A stretch of 64,000 nucleotides of DNA from Eledone cirrhosa (Eukaryota). The stretch is from contig OZ024745.1 in assembly GCA_964016885.1 (NCBI GenBank), positions 128,402,001 to 128,466,000 of the forward strand, in the 5' to 3' direction. Position 1 is the stretch's first letter, and each line of letters starts with the position of its first letter. A program made the position numbers and the translations under genes. Shown piece after piece: positions 1 through 12,397 of this stretch. A model generated the notes under the pieces. That model searched no databases. It was given only the letters and a program-made list of their open reading frames with translations, and was not told the origin of the DNA.

Positions 1-84
1 TAAAAGTATATTTATCGAAAGAAAGAGTGAGCCAACTGTATGTCAGTTTTGCAATGCTTGTTTTGAGTATACTTGTCTATACCA

Positions 85-650
85 GTGTATGTGTGTATGT
101 ACGTCTGTGTACGTATGTGTGAGTGTGTGTTTGTGTGTGTTTATGTATGTACGTCTGTGTACATCTGTGTACATCTGTGTGAGTCTGTGTTTGTGAGTGT
201 GTGTATGTATGTACGTCTGTGTACATCTGTGTACGTCTGTGTGAGTGTGTGTTTGTAGTGTGTGTGTGTATGTACGTCTATGTTCATCTGTGTACGTCTG
301 TGTGAGTATGTGTTTGTGTGTGTGTGTGTGTGTATGTACGTCTATGTTCATCTGTGTACGTCTGTGTGAGTGTGTGTGTGTGTGTGTATGTACGTCTGTG
401 TACATCTGTGTACGTCTGTGTGAGTGTGTGGGTGTGTGTGTGTGTATGTACGTCTGTGTATATCTGTGTACGTCTGTGTGAGTGTATTTGTGTGTGTGTG
501 TGTGTATGTACGCCTGTGTACATCTGTGTACGTATGTGTGAGTGTGTGTTTGTGTGTGTGTGTGTATGTATGTACGTCTGTGTACGTGTGTGTACGTCTG
601 TGTGAGTGTGTGTATGTGTGTGTGTGTGTACGTATGTGTACATCTGTATA
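85..650. repeat. TG-derived minisatellite (~55-60 bp higher-order unit)
   Basis: Recurrent tgtacgtctgtgtacatctgtgtacgtctgtgtgagtg units separated by (TG)n. Confidence 0.85.
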
Positions 651-1107
651 CATTATATATATATATATTTACGTGAGTGTGATTTCGTATTACGAAAGAA
701 TGAGCTCTCGTTATGTAAAGTAAGGTAATTTATATATGTTTGTCTTCCATACTGGTGATGAGACCTGTCAGGACTCATGTACAACTTAATCATAATGGTG
801 AATATGTATTTTGCCAATAATGTCGATGAAACTGGCAGTTTTTTTTATGCCTTACTAATACTACAGACGAGGTGCCTCGTATATGGTTATCATAGGATAG
901 TCATGCAGAACAGGTCGGATCTAGAGGAGTAAGCCTTGATCAAATCCGGCTTGTCCCATAGAATGAAGTTGCTCGTGTGACACGATCATCGGTTTAATTA
1001 GATGACCTCAGTGTCGTAAACACCTGTGGCTTCGTCGATGATTGACTATTAATTCGATAATAGATTGGTACAACTGCTTAGTTAGCGGAGAAATATCTTA
1101 TTACATT

Positions 1108-1745
1108 ACATTTTTAAACCGAACTTAACTAGCAACTACACAGACATCCTCTTCTCCATATATTAAATATATTTTATCATGTTTCGCTGTGACCCCGTCT
1201 TCTCTCTCCCTCTACCTACCTATTTCGTTACTATCTACTCTTCCCTCTCTTTCTTCGTCTCCCGTTCTCCCTCTCACTTTCACTCACCCTCTCTCTGCCA
1301 GTCACCTCATTGTTTCCCTCGCCTGACCTTATAGCAGTCCTTTTCTCACTTACACTCGCTGGGGTCAGTCGTGTCTTTTCGTTCGCCCACACGCTCTCGA
1401 ACTTAAGTTCTGTTACCGCTGTAGTCTTGGATTTGCTTACCTTAAGTTGCCCGCAAATTCCTCGGTTTGTTGTTTTTTTTGCTGTTTTCTCTTTTCTTCC
1501 CTTTCTCCTTTTTCCCTTCTATTTTCCTTCCCTCCCTCCTCCGTTTTCCCAATAACTTACCCAGTTATTGAACGCACTGGGAGTAGATATATTGTCTTTA
1601 AAGCTTTGAAATATCCGAGATCCCCAGTAGACAACTGATGAGGAACCCCCCCCCCCCCCCCGTTCTTGCTTTCTTATTATTCTCATTCCATTTTTAAGCC
1701 TACCTTAACTACCAACTACATAGTCATCCTATTCTCCATATATTT
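1108..1745 (+). mobile_element. Degenerate Penelope-like remnant with ~55 bp direct repeats
   Basis: catttttaa..cttaacta.caactaca.ag.catcct.ttctccatatatt at ~1108 and ~1689; truncated hammerhead core gacaaCTGATGAgg at ~1631-1644. Confidence 0.45.
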
Positions 1746-2085
1746 TATATATATAACATATATATATATAACATATATTTATATATATACAACAGTTTTA
1801 TTATTAGTTAAGTTAACTAACCCATTTCTTGGTTATTTTGTAACCGGATGATTAGCTTATTGTGATATTCAATTGTGAAATCTATTTCGTCCCACATTAT
1901 GTGACGTCATTTATTATTTTTCATCCTCTTTGTCTAACCATGTTTTGTTGTTGTTGTTTTTTTGTTGTTTTTTTTGTTTTTTGTTTTGTTTTTTTTGTTG
2001 TTGTTTTTGTATGTGGTGTGATCATGCGTGACGAAAGAATGCTTCAACACACATAAAGAATCTTGAAAAACAATTAGTAAAACAT

Positions 2086-2158
<73 letters not shown>

Positions 2159-2187
2159 CTATCTATCTATCTATTTCTATCTATCTA

Positions 2188-2273
<86 letters not shown>

Positions 2274-2278
2274 GTGTG

Positions 2279-2369
<91 letters not shown>

Positions 2370-2389
2370 TATTATTATTATTATTATTA
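2086..2389. repeat. Compound microsatellite (CT)n-(CTAT)n-(TA)n-(TG)n-(TAT)n
   Basis: Directly visible. Confidence 0.95.
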
Positions 2390-3119
2390 CTTTCAAAGTA
2401 AAGGGTGTCATGAATGATACAAAATCAAACATGTCTTGTCTCTAAAAACAGCTCAAGATAGAATTCAGAGAATAAAATCGAGCCTTAATCATTATAAGAA
2501 AGAGATAGATTGTCTCTAGTTCTAAGTTTTGATATGTCTTAATACACACTTATATGCGATTGAATATATATATGTGTGTGTGGGGGGAGGGGGGTGCAAA
2601 TGACCGTAATAATAATTGATAGATAAAAATTGGGTAAAGTGCCCCGGAGACGGAAAAAGTTGACTACTACACTAAAGGTCTGCTGACCACGAATTGTGAC
2701 TTTTAAGATGATTTTTCCCCGGGTAGTTTATTTTCAATTAATTTTTGTAGGGATTGAATTCATGTCCATTTTCCACACGTAATATAAACACGAGATCTCG
2801 TTCAAACATTTATCTTTACGCATAACTGATAGGCCTACGCGTCGCAGCGCAGTTTTTTGAATTCTGCACCGTTGTATACAATCTACAGATGCAGCACACC
2901 TATGCTTTGAAACCTCCGATAGCGTAATACATGCTACGGGTATGATTCATAAAAAATTAGCTCTTTTACATTAGATTGAGCATATATATATATATATGAT
3001 GGCTGCAAACAAATTCTGCTAAGAGTATTGCAATCCCTTTAAGATTACAGAAAATTGTGCACTTTTAGGATACGGCCAGGCACACAAACATGTAACATAT
3101 CCTGAACAAGCAATGCCTG

Positions 3120-3500
3120 TGCTTTGAAGGTTTTTAAGTGGGGAAAGGCCTTGCACTCGACCAATCCCACTCTCTTAGCATTGACAACACTACCCGAAAA
3201 GGAGAACTGGTCAACATCATCGGATGCTTCTGAAGCCGCAGGATTTTTTCAGATTTACCCTCTCTTAGAAAGGTCTTGTTACAACAACTGGTGAAAAACA
3301 AAAAGTACTATTTGGATGGCCGTTAGCTCTGCTGAGTTCCTCCCCCCTTTGCCGGGTCTTGTATTTCATCCCGCAGGGTGTCCAAATATCACCCTCCTCA
3401 CCAAGCTAGCTTGGTGGGGTTGCCGGTTTAGTCACCGACGACTCGACCATGAGACAGGTTGTACTGGGTTACATGTTACCAGTAGCACTTGAGAGCAGCC
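3120..3500 (-). mobile_element. Probable RTE-type LINE 5' region remnant
   Basis: GC-richer structured block (caccaagctagcttggtg palindrome) resembling RTE 5' UTRs; recalled similarity, not verified. Confidence 0.35.
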
Positions 3501-3502
3501 TG

Positions 3503-3622
<120 letters not shown>

Positions 3623-3959
3623 AACACTAACATCGAATAAAGCTACTATATGTAAAATTGTAAATAAAATAATTATTCATAAGGAAGTGAACATTAATAA
3701 TTGCAATATACTCGATTATGCAATTCAGCAAAATTATAATTCTTTACAATGATTAATTTTAATTCTTCTCTGTAAATAAAAAAAAAAACAATCCAAAATT
3801 TATTTTTTTAAATTTAATATTCTAGAATATTCCAAATCAATAAAACAGGAAGGTTCAAGATTGAAAAATGCAACACTCAGATAAAAAAAACCTTACAAAT
3901 GTTGTGGTTACAATACATTAAGAGGTAGGGAGCACTCGTAACCTTTGCAAGCCCTTAAG

Positions 3960-4290
3960 ACTGGTGAAATTTAATACAGTTGTTGTTCAGCTTCAATATT
4001 TGTAGGTTTAATAGCTTTTGATATAAAATTTCAAGTGGTTGTAATTCTAGATAAGGTTAATTGGACTAGATGTTTAGGGGTAGGATTTGGGAAATGAGAC
4101 AAAAGAGTCATAATGAATGAATGAAAGAAATTTGAATGTCTTAGGTGTACACGTGCAGAACTACAAGTTTGATTAGTGGTGTTATTATTGGGAGTAGATA
4201 TGGCCTTCGTTCGGAAGGTAAAAGAAAGAAATAAGAACACTATCAGTAACTATGAATGTGGCCAAACAGAAGCAATAGCAAGTAAGTTAA
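3960..4290 (-). mobile_element. Highly degenerate CR1/L2-group LINE C-terminal relic
   Basis: Minus-strand ARVHLRHSNFFHSFI resembles the RT C-terminal R-T-x-x-x-x-x-S-F-F region. Confidence 0.3.
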
Positions 4291-4431
4291 TAATGTAGAG
4301 GAGAATTGGCAGACTTGGCTAGAAAGATTTGTGGTATTCGTTTCGACTCTAGGAATCCCGCCGAGGTCCACTTTGTTTTTCATACTTTCGATATAAAAGC
4401 ACCAGTCCAGTACTGGGGTCGACTCTTTCTG

Positions 4432-4470
<39 letters not shown>

Positions 4471-4484
4471 TCTCTCCCTCTCTC

Positions 4485-4534
<50 letters not shown>

Positions 4535-4801
4535 TCTCTCTCTCTATCACACACACACACGCACACTCTCTCTCACTCTCTCACACACACATACACACAC
4601 ACTCACTCTCTCTCTCACACACATACTCTCTCTCTCTTTCTCACACACACTCACGCTCTCTCTCTTTCTCTCTCTGTCTCTCTCTCACACACACACACAC
4701 TCCCTCTCTCTCTCCCTCACACACTCTTTCTCTCTCACACACACACACACTCTCTCTCTCTCTCTCACATACACACACACACTCTCTCTCTCTCACACAC
4801 A

Positions 4802-4839
<38 letters not shown>

Positions 4840-4847
4840 CACACACA

Positions 4848-4878
<31 letters not shown>

Positions 4879-4979
4879 TCACACACTCTTATTCTTTCTC
4901 TGGAAGAAATCGAGTGTGTTCAAACATGGAGATATTGAGCTCTGCCAGGTTTAAATGCCAACGTCACTATGGCGTCCTT

Positions 4980-5660
4980 AATCCTCAATCAATAGTTATG
5001 AGAATCAAAGCAGAGAAAGAGAGCGGGATATGTACAATTATAAGGTGAGGAATAGATAAATTAACCTTGGTGTACACGAGAGTTAGTTGAACAAGGACCG
5101 CAGAGATCCATGTCAGATTATGTAACAATGGAGCAGTCTGGTAAGAATAGTTCGATCCAGAAGAGGAGAGAAACATTACTTTCGTCGAAATTCTCGGGTG
5201 ATGAGAGAAGCTTGTAGAATGTGATCCAGAAGAAAAGTCTGTAGTATAGATGGTACTAAGGTTCTAAGGAAACCTTATTAATAATCACTGGTGAGGGAGA
5301 AAAAAACTAAAGGGTTGAAAGGGATGAGGGTTTATTATTGTTTTCATTAATCTTATGATTTTGGAAGTATTGAAACAAAAGATCTTATTGAAGCATGTTT
5401 ATGCAGTGATCGAACGGGTAAATGGTGGTAGAGACAGAGTTAGCAGAGATTTGAGGGGTGAATAGGTGAGAGTCGGTGTGTCGGTAAGAAATTCAAAAAA
5501 GATATGGACTCCTTGTTGCAAACAAGTTAGTGTCACGAATGATTTCACCTCTGCCCCAGCATAGTCGGCGTGAAAGGATTGTCTGAGCCAGGTTATGTTG
5601 TGTGCATTGGAATAACAGAGTACAATAAGTTGAGAGAGATGGCTTTTAAGATCAATGTCC
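4980..5660 (-). mobile_element. Degenerate LINE apurinic-endonuclease (APE) relic
   Basis: Minus strand reads SNAHNITWLRQSFHADYAGAEVKSF...LQQGV and later an SDH-like segment, matching APE DFNAH..W...TD.AG...L.Q...SDH motifs; frameshifted. Confidence 0.55.
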
Positions 5661-5855
5661 TTAGTGCAAGTGTCGTTTTAGTTTTAAAAACGACTGGAAA
5701 TTAAATGATTTCAGAGAGCAGTAGTGACTAATATGATTCCTAATTTAACTGACAAGTCAAGGGAGAAATTTTAATCTCTTAAATTCAAATCCATGTCATA
5801 AAAGATGATATATGAAAGACATGTTACTTGGAAAAATATATTTCTAAACATTAAA

Positions 5856-6004
5856 TCTTCTTCTTCTTCTTCTTCTTCTTCTTCTTCTTCTTCTTCTTCT
5901 TCTTCTTCTTCTTCTTCTTCTTCTTCTTCTTCTTCTTCTTCTTCTTCTTCTTCTTCTTCTTCTTCTTCTTCTTCTTCTTCTTCTTCTTCTTCTTCTTCTT
6001 CTTC
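5856..6004. repeat. (TTC)n microsatellite, ~50 units
   Basis: Pure repeat, abutting an interspersed repeat and probably its tail. Confidence 0.95.
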
Positions 6005-6192
6005 AAACCCAGGTCAGTCTTAATAAAGTAGATTTATGTCAGAAGCATGCTAGCTATGAGCATCCCGTCTTTTTTTTTTCTCGGGATCACATTATTTATC
6101 CAGTGTGTCCTTTCCTGGAGTGGTAAGGTGTAAATTAAGAGAGATATGGCTGCTATATCTAGAATGTTGAGTTATCAGGTAGAGGTAGCCAT
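6005..6192 (-). mobile_element. Interspersed repeat (SINE or LINE 3' end) with trinucleotide tail
   Basis: aaccccaggtcag...catcccgtc...gatttggctgctatttctag-like motif; related copies at ~6405-6600, ~18880-19040, ~21130-21270 and inverted at ~57400-57615. Confidence 0.6.
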
Positions 6193-7080
6193 TTTGGACG
6201 CTCATAAATTACGTTATATCATACTATTTGTAACCTTCTTATCATACACAGAAATGTTATTATTACACGCAAGTGGTGTGAGGAATTGACAGTCTTGGTA
6301 GAGCATCGGACAGCATGTCTGAATCAGGAGCCATTATAGTACGCAAGTTTCTTTGCCCAACTTATTTAAATCTGGAGGCTAACTTTCCGTCTTAGATATT
6401 AACACTGTTGTTCAGTCCCAGTTCAACCTTGAACAGCAGATCTATGAACGAAGGCGCTCCAACCATGACTATCCCATCCATTTTTGTTTTTCAACCTTAA
6501 TGTATCTAGGCCTACATTAACCTCGGTGTCATTAATTTTTTAAGACGATAGGGTGGGATTTGTGGGTGATTTGGATACTATTCTTGCAGGTTTCTTTGCA
6601 TAGAAATTTCTTCATCTTCGAGTCCAGACTAATGGCGGACAAAACGAGATTCACGCATGTTCGAACTGTTTATTGTATTTGTAAGATACATGACATCATA
6701 CAGATAATCACATACATATACATGTTAACATACAAACACACTCAGACATACAGACAGTCAAATGTATATATACACACTCGTACATTTATGCAAGTGAGTG
6801 TATGTATGTGCCAGTATGTGTGTGCGTGTCAGATTATGATTAAATGTATGGAAACGTAATTATCTAGAGAGAAAGGGAGAGAGAGAGAGAGAGAGAGAAA
6901 GAGGGAGAGAGAAAGAGAGAGAGAGAGACAAACACACACACACACACTCTCACACATACACACTCACACAAACGCAGAGAGACAAACACACACACACACA
7001 CACACACGCACACACTCTCACACATACACACTCACACAAACGCAGAGAGACAAACACACACACACACACACTCACAAATA

Positions 7081-7121
<41 letters not shown>

Positions 7122-7244
7122 CTCTTACACAATACATTCCAAAAGAGCGTGCTTTCTTATCCTTAGACATTTTTGTTTGTTTTCGAAAAGATCAAATATG
7201 CAGTTATTACGTAAATATGCCAGGTCTACACACTTCCGCTCCCT

Positions 7245-7600
7245 CGTGTGTGTATATATGTGTGTAGGGGACGCTTGTGTGTCTATGTGTGTGTGTGTGT
7301 ATGCGTATGTATGTGCGTTTGTGTGTATATGTGTGTGTGAGCTTGTGTGTGAGCTTGTGTATGTGTGCGTTTGTGTGTATATGTGTGTGTGAGCTTGTGT
7401 GTGTGTGCGTCTGTGTGTATATGTGTGTGCGAATTTGTGTGTGTGTGTGCGTTTGTGTGTACATGTGTGTGTGAGCTTGTGTGTGTGCGTTTGTGTGTAT
7501 ATCTGTGTGTGAGCTTGTGTGTGTGTGTGTGCGTTTGTGTGTATATGTGTGTGTGAGCTTGTGTGTGTGTGTGTGTGTGCGTTTGTGTGTATATGTGTGT
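7245..7600. repeat. TG-derived minisatellite (~40 bp unit)
   Basis: Repeated gtgagcttgtgtgtgtgcgtttgtgtgtatat. Confidence 0.85.
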
Positions 7601-8059
7601 GTAGGGAGCGTTCGGGTATCTATGTGTGTATGTGTATGCGTGTGTGTATATAGGTGTGTAAGGGGCGCTTGTGTGTGTGTATGTGTGTGAGTATGTGTGT
7701 GTCTGTGTATGTTTGTGTCTGAGCGAGTATGTGTAAGTATTTGTGTGGGGGTGTTTATATGCATTTGTCTGTGTGTGTGTTTGTGTGTATGCATGGGTGA
7801 GGTTGTGTATGAATATATTTTTTACTAATTTTCATCTGAGCAGATTTGTTTATAAAGAAATGTTCACATAGTTTGTAACATTGCCTTTAAGATCTGCAGA
7901 CATCAGGAAAACACATTTTACCGTTTGCTTGTTCCTATTAAAGTACAAAACAAAAACTACTTTTCCTAAGGGAATAGATAACAGAATTAAAACATTCCTC
8001 TTTTTTTCCTTTGTTTTTCATATTTTTATTGGTTTGATCTGGAGGGTGAAGCTATGCTC

Positions 8060-8680
8060 ATGGCTAGTTGTGCCCCACCCGACACTTGTGAGATCGACGT
8101 GGTTAACGTTCTTAAAAAACTGCAAGTCGGCGGCTGTAGGAAAGACATATGCAGTGTGAGAACTGGCCCTCTGGGAGGAGAGTTTGGGCGTAGGTAAAGC
8201 ATAATATAGGTCAAGTGATGAGCAAAGACGATTAAGTCAGAAGTATCTGATTGGTGGTGACATAAGGTTTGCTAGAGAGGATGAGTAGGGATCAGTGTAG
8301 TAGTGATAGAAAAGACAGCAAGCTGATGGTACATTCTTGGGTCGGAGGTTGTTGTGTGCTTGTGGGTGATTTTATGTCTCTCTTTGGATATGATCTACGA
8401 TGCCTATGCATGTAACAACAACATCGTTCTAGATCTGGCAGCAATACTCTGTGGGTCACATCAAAGCTTTGAAGTAATGTTTAAAGGCTAAAAGTATTTT
8501 CTGACTTTCAAAAGAAAGATCATTCACTGAGATGCAGTTTATGCTCTGCTGAGGATGTGTGTTCACCCGGAGAAATCCTAAGTAATGGTGAGACCCCGTT
8601 TGTGTCGACTTCGAAAGTTTTAGTTGCATGCTGTTCCTGTTGAGAAGGTTTAATATTTCATTGACATGTGTAATGATTTT
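8060..8680 (-). mobile_element. Degenerate CR1/L2-group LINE 3' region
   Basis: Minus strand gives a frameshifted ..FPTAADLQFF..NVNHVDL, like the WN.LP..VFP....L..FK..IN...L LINE C-terminus. Confidence 0.5.
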
Positions 8681-9032
8681 GCATGTTTACTTACAGTAGA
8701 AGGAGATAAGATTACCAATGCTAGTGAGACATTTTACCATATTTTACCATTCAGTTAAAACAAACCTATATACCAGCTGGTATATATATTTTAACTGAAT
8801 ATGAAAACATAGTTCAAAAAGGGGCCCCTGCATCTGATAGGAGATACATTAAGTATCAGTCATGCATTATGGTTGATCATCGCCTAAAAAATATATTATT
8901 TTCTATTATTTTCTTTTATTTTCTGCATATGCTGCAACACAGACTTCGACTCTTTTAAAAAATCTCTCTATATGTATATCCACACAGATAATTGTGTATA
9001 TATATATATATATATACATGTGTGTGTATGCA

Positions 9033-9200
9033 CTGTATATCCCGGCGTCGAAGATGCTATTTTTTCCTAAAATAAGTCTCAAAAATCTACCAAGCGTCCT
9101 GGAGGCCGAAGGTTGTTTATTATTTTTTTTTCAAATTTTTGGTTGTGAAAATTAGGGCGCGTCCTCGAGGACGAAGCGTCTTCGACACCGGGAAATACGA
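9033..9200. mobile_element. Tc1/mariner-superfamily (pogo-like) MITE
   Basis: TIRs ctgtatatcccggcgtcgaagatgct / agcgtcttcgacaccgggaaatacga; TA at the right end. Confidence 0.7.
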
Positions 9201-9264
9201 TATATATATATATATATAGTAATAATAATAAATTTGAAGACTAAAATCCAATATATATATATAT

Positions 9265-9638
9265 AAAGTTAAATAAAAGTCAAATGATTAAAATTTAGCT
9301 TCGTTTATTACTGCTATATATATTTCAGTGACAGCCATCTTTGGCTGTGACCTCTTCAGGCAGTTTGAATTAGTATGGTATAGACAAGTACATATGTTGT
9401 TTAGGTGTATAATATTGTCAATACTCTGATATGCCCAGTTCCTTGTTGGGTTGTTAATTCACTGAGGAACTGGAGTCATATATAGCAGTATAGCAGTAAT
9501 AAACGAAGCTAAATTTTAATCATTTGACTTTTATTTAACTTTATTTTACACTACTCCGGAGTAACCAAACCAACCTGCGCACTTCGTCGAGTGCTCCAGC
9601 CTGCATACTGAGGTGTTGGTATACAACCAACATAAACT

Positions 9639-9640
<2 letters not shown>
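9265..9640. mobile_element. Penelope-pLTR-like module (family B) with inverted arms, in (TA)n
   Basis: 9265-9318 is the reverse complement of ~9490-9543; tail ~9551-9640 is homologous to ~34376-34461; contains a hammerhead. Confidence 0.7.
9310..9364 (-). ncRNA. Minimal type I hammerhead ribozyme (family B)
   Basis: Minus: actgc CTGAAGA ggtcacagcca-aaga-tggctgtcact GAAA tatata TA gcagt, then aataaa; stem I actgc/gcagt perfect. Confidence 0.8.
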
Positions 9641-9736
<96 letters not shown>

Positions 9737-9737
<1 letters not shown>

Positions 9738-9930
9738 ACGAAGGAAATGTGGTAAGGGACCAGATGGACCATAACGCACCAAAGTACTCAATACTTAGGG
9801 TAGTAGAGTGGGTAATAGGAACAAGTATGACCCCGACGGCAGACCTCAAGCCATTTCGACGGCTAATTCTGGACTAAATAAGAATTTTTAGCCTGGTAAA
9901 TAGATAGCCGAACTTCTCAGGGGGTAATTC
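9737..9930 (-). mobile_element. Family D hammerhead module (longest copy)
   Basis: ~150 bp conserved tail shared with 11812-11958, 37530-37622, 38868-39050 and 45793-45930; all end at (TA)n. Confidence 0.75.
9830..9925 (-). ncRNA. Type I hammerhead with long stem II and GUC site (family D); core has one mismatch
   Basis: Minus: acccc CTGAGAA gttcggcta...tagccgtc GAAA tggc-ttgaggtct-gccg TC ggggt. Confidence 0.65.
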
Positions 9931-10439
9931 CATATATGGGAAGATAGTAATTGTCAAAAGGATTGGTCAAAAGTTTGTTGTAAAGACAGATGATTCTATC
10001 ATGGCATTTAGTGGGAGGTAGGGGTAGCTGAACTTGCCAGTAGAACAAAGAGGGCGTGGGGGAAACCAGTCAAGCGTTGAAAGTAAAATCTATACAGCAG
10101 ATTCTAAGGATTGTGTATAGAAGGTCGAAAAAAAGTGGAGAAGGGAAGGGGGGGGGTGAAAGAATAGGTAAATCGAAAGGGAGTAAACAAATAAGCCATT
10201 ATAAAAATGAGGAAATAAATTTAAAAAAAACAATTTCTGGTTACTACTCCATCCCCACAATCACCAAATCTCTCATTGGTATTGCTAAGCTATAGAAAAG
10301 TTTAATAGGTGGAGAAAAATGCTAAATACAGGATTGCAGTGAAAGAGTTTTATAAAACCATCTTTACAGGGGTCTAACACCACTGTTATAGTTAGTAGTA
10401 ATCAGCCAATGCTATCTTACAATGACAGGTTAATAAGTT

Positions 10440-10937
10440 GAGGTATTTTCGAATATTTAAGTTGCTGCCACGCCGTTCCTCAACAAAAATTCCAAAATGT
10501 AAAGCCACTTTCAGGCGTGAAATAATCAGATCTAGCGTAGTGTAAAATTTGAACAAAGTAAGTTGATTAATGTGGGAGCTAGAGCGAAAAAGTGGAAATT
10601 TGAGTCTAAAAGTGGTATTTTTTGAATATTTAAGCGGCTGCTACGCCGTCCCTGAACAACAAATGCAAAATATAAAGCCATTACAGGATGTGCAATGATA
10701 AATTCTATTTTGCTTTAAAATTTGAACGAAATCGGTGGCAAAATCTGGGAGCTAGAGCCAAATATCTTATTTTTATCTGCAGAATGACCCCGGAATAAAA
10801 AAAAAAACGATACGCTGATATATAGAAAACACTCCCCGATGACTAATCTATGAGCCTGTAAAGTTTGATGAAAATCGGTCGTAAGATGTAGGCCCCTATA
10901 TGTAATACACAGACACACACACACATATACTTAATTT

Positions 10938-10945
<8 letters not shown>
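10440..10945 (+). mobile_element. Non-autonomous Helitron/Helentron-like element with two ~172 bp internal tandem units
   Basis: Units at ~10442 and ~10613 (ggtattt..gaatatttaag...gggagctagagc); end aaagtttgatgaaaatcggtc...(CA)n..ttttatatata resembles Lep1/HINE-like ends. Confidence 0.55.
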
Positions 10946-11018
<73 letters not shown>

Positions 11019-11138
11019 CCTGAGCTGAAATACGATTCTCGCTAATTTATATTTGTGTATATATATATATATATATATATAGGAAAAAGTATGACCTCGA
11101 CGGCAGAGCTCAAGCCGTTTCGACGGCTATATCCAGCG

Positions 11139-11570
11139 GACTTCGAAACAGATGCCGTCTACCCAATTACAATCACAAGGGCTTGTAACGATACTTGCCC
11201 ACATTTCCACGCGGTGGGATCGAACCCCTGACCTTAATGATTCCGTATCAAACTCAGCCATGCAGAGAGTCCATCATTTCTAGTAGTGACCACTTAAATG
11301 CTATATGGAAGTGTCGTAAATATGATTAAAATTACAAAACAACATATTTGTTTGGGAAGTCAGGTATTGCAAATCGTTCGGTATTCGATATTAACAATGT
11401 GAGGTTAGAATCCATATTGAAAAATTCATATCACGTGACAGATTCAGGTTTCCATGAAAATTATTGAAACAAAGGGAGAGAAGCACGTCATTTGCGATGA
11501 TTTCGTCTCTGAATAAATTCGTAAGGTGATCATTTTCCATAACTGCACAGGAAGAAAGAAGTACTGAATT
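11139..11570 (+). repeat. ~435 bp direct duplicate of 13843-14277
   Basis: Near-identical from gacttcgaaacagatgccg to gaagtactgaattc. Confidence 0.9.
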
Positions 11571-11577
11571 CGGAATA

Positions 11578-11800
11578 TTTTTTTTTTTTTATGCTTTAAG
11601 AATATAAATATTTGTATTGAGAGAGAAATATTATTTATAAACTAAGTAAAAGTGACGTCCGAATGTGTATCCTCCATTACCAACTAACTTACCCTCCGCC
11701 TTTGGGTCCTGGCCAACAAGATGGATAATGCATTTCCCCCGGAGTACAGCGAGGGAGACGCGCTGAAACCGTCACTCCACCCCACGGAGCTCGCATCTGC
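11578..11800 (-). mobile_element. CRE-like (RLE) non-LTR retrotransposon 3' end with poly(A)
   Basis: Minus reads VE*RFQRVSLAVLRG/GNALSIL (one frameshift), matching the E.W..QR.S.A..RGNA..IL C-terminus; 3' UTR ends in an A-run (T-run at ~11578-11590). Confidence 0.7.
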
Positions 11801-11957
11801 GGGCGGAAAACTCCAGAAATAGTGTAGAAATAGCCGTCGAAACGGCTTGAGCTCTGTCGTCGGGGTCATACTTTTTCCTATTTCCCACTCTACTACCCTA
11901 AGTATTGAGTACTCTGGTGCGTTGTGGTCCATCCGGTTCCTTACCACAATTCCTTTG

Positions 11958-12023
<66 letters not shown>

Positions 12024-12397
12024 CAAGTTAAATCGATTACGTCCTTCCTCAAGATTAATGGCATCGTGCCTCAGTTGAAAGTCGTTATTATAATGATAAT
12101 AGTTATAAAAAAAGTTATCATTAGTAAAGACTATTCCACCGGAAACTCTTTCATAGTTCTGATAAATTTTCTTTAAAGTCCCTGCCAAATAGATAAGTTG
12201 GAAATGTTCACTTTACTTGGGAAGTTAAATTAGCCAGGAATATTAACGAGATGTAATTAATTATTGCCTCGCCAGTAAAACATATTTTGTTGAGGGGAGG
12301 TTGTGTGTTTTGTGTGGTTTTCTGGTTATTTATCATTCTAAGATGGCATTTTTTTTTTAAAGTGGCTGACGATGTGGTAGTAAAACGTCATATTTAT

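Larger units (their letters stand above)
11081..11958. mobile_element. Composite family D insertion: inverted arm, captured DNA, tail
   Basis: 11081-11130 is inverted relative to ~11830-11879; (TA)n on both sides. Confidence 0.65.

Noticed and set aside
85-650. Regularly spaced repeats resembling a CRISPR array
   Set aside because: Spacers are TG microsatellite, the context is eukaryotic and no cas genes are present
11687-11700. Minus-strand splice donor gagg|gtaagt
   Set aside because: Falls at the end of the CRE-like ORF remnant and is explained by the retroelement
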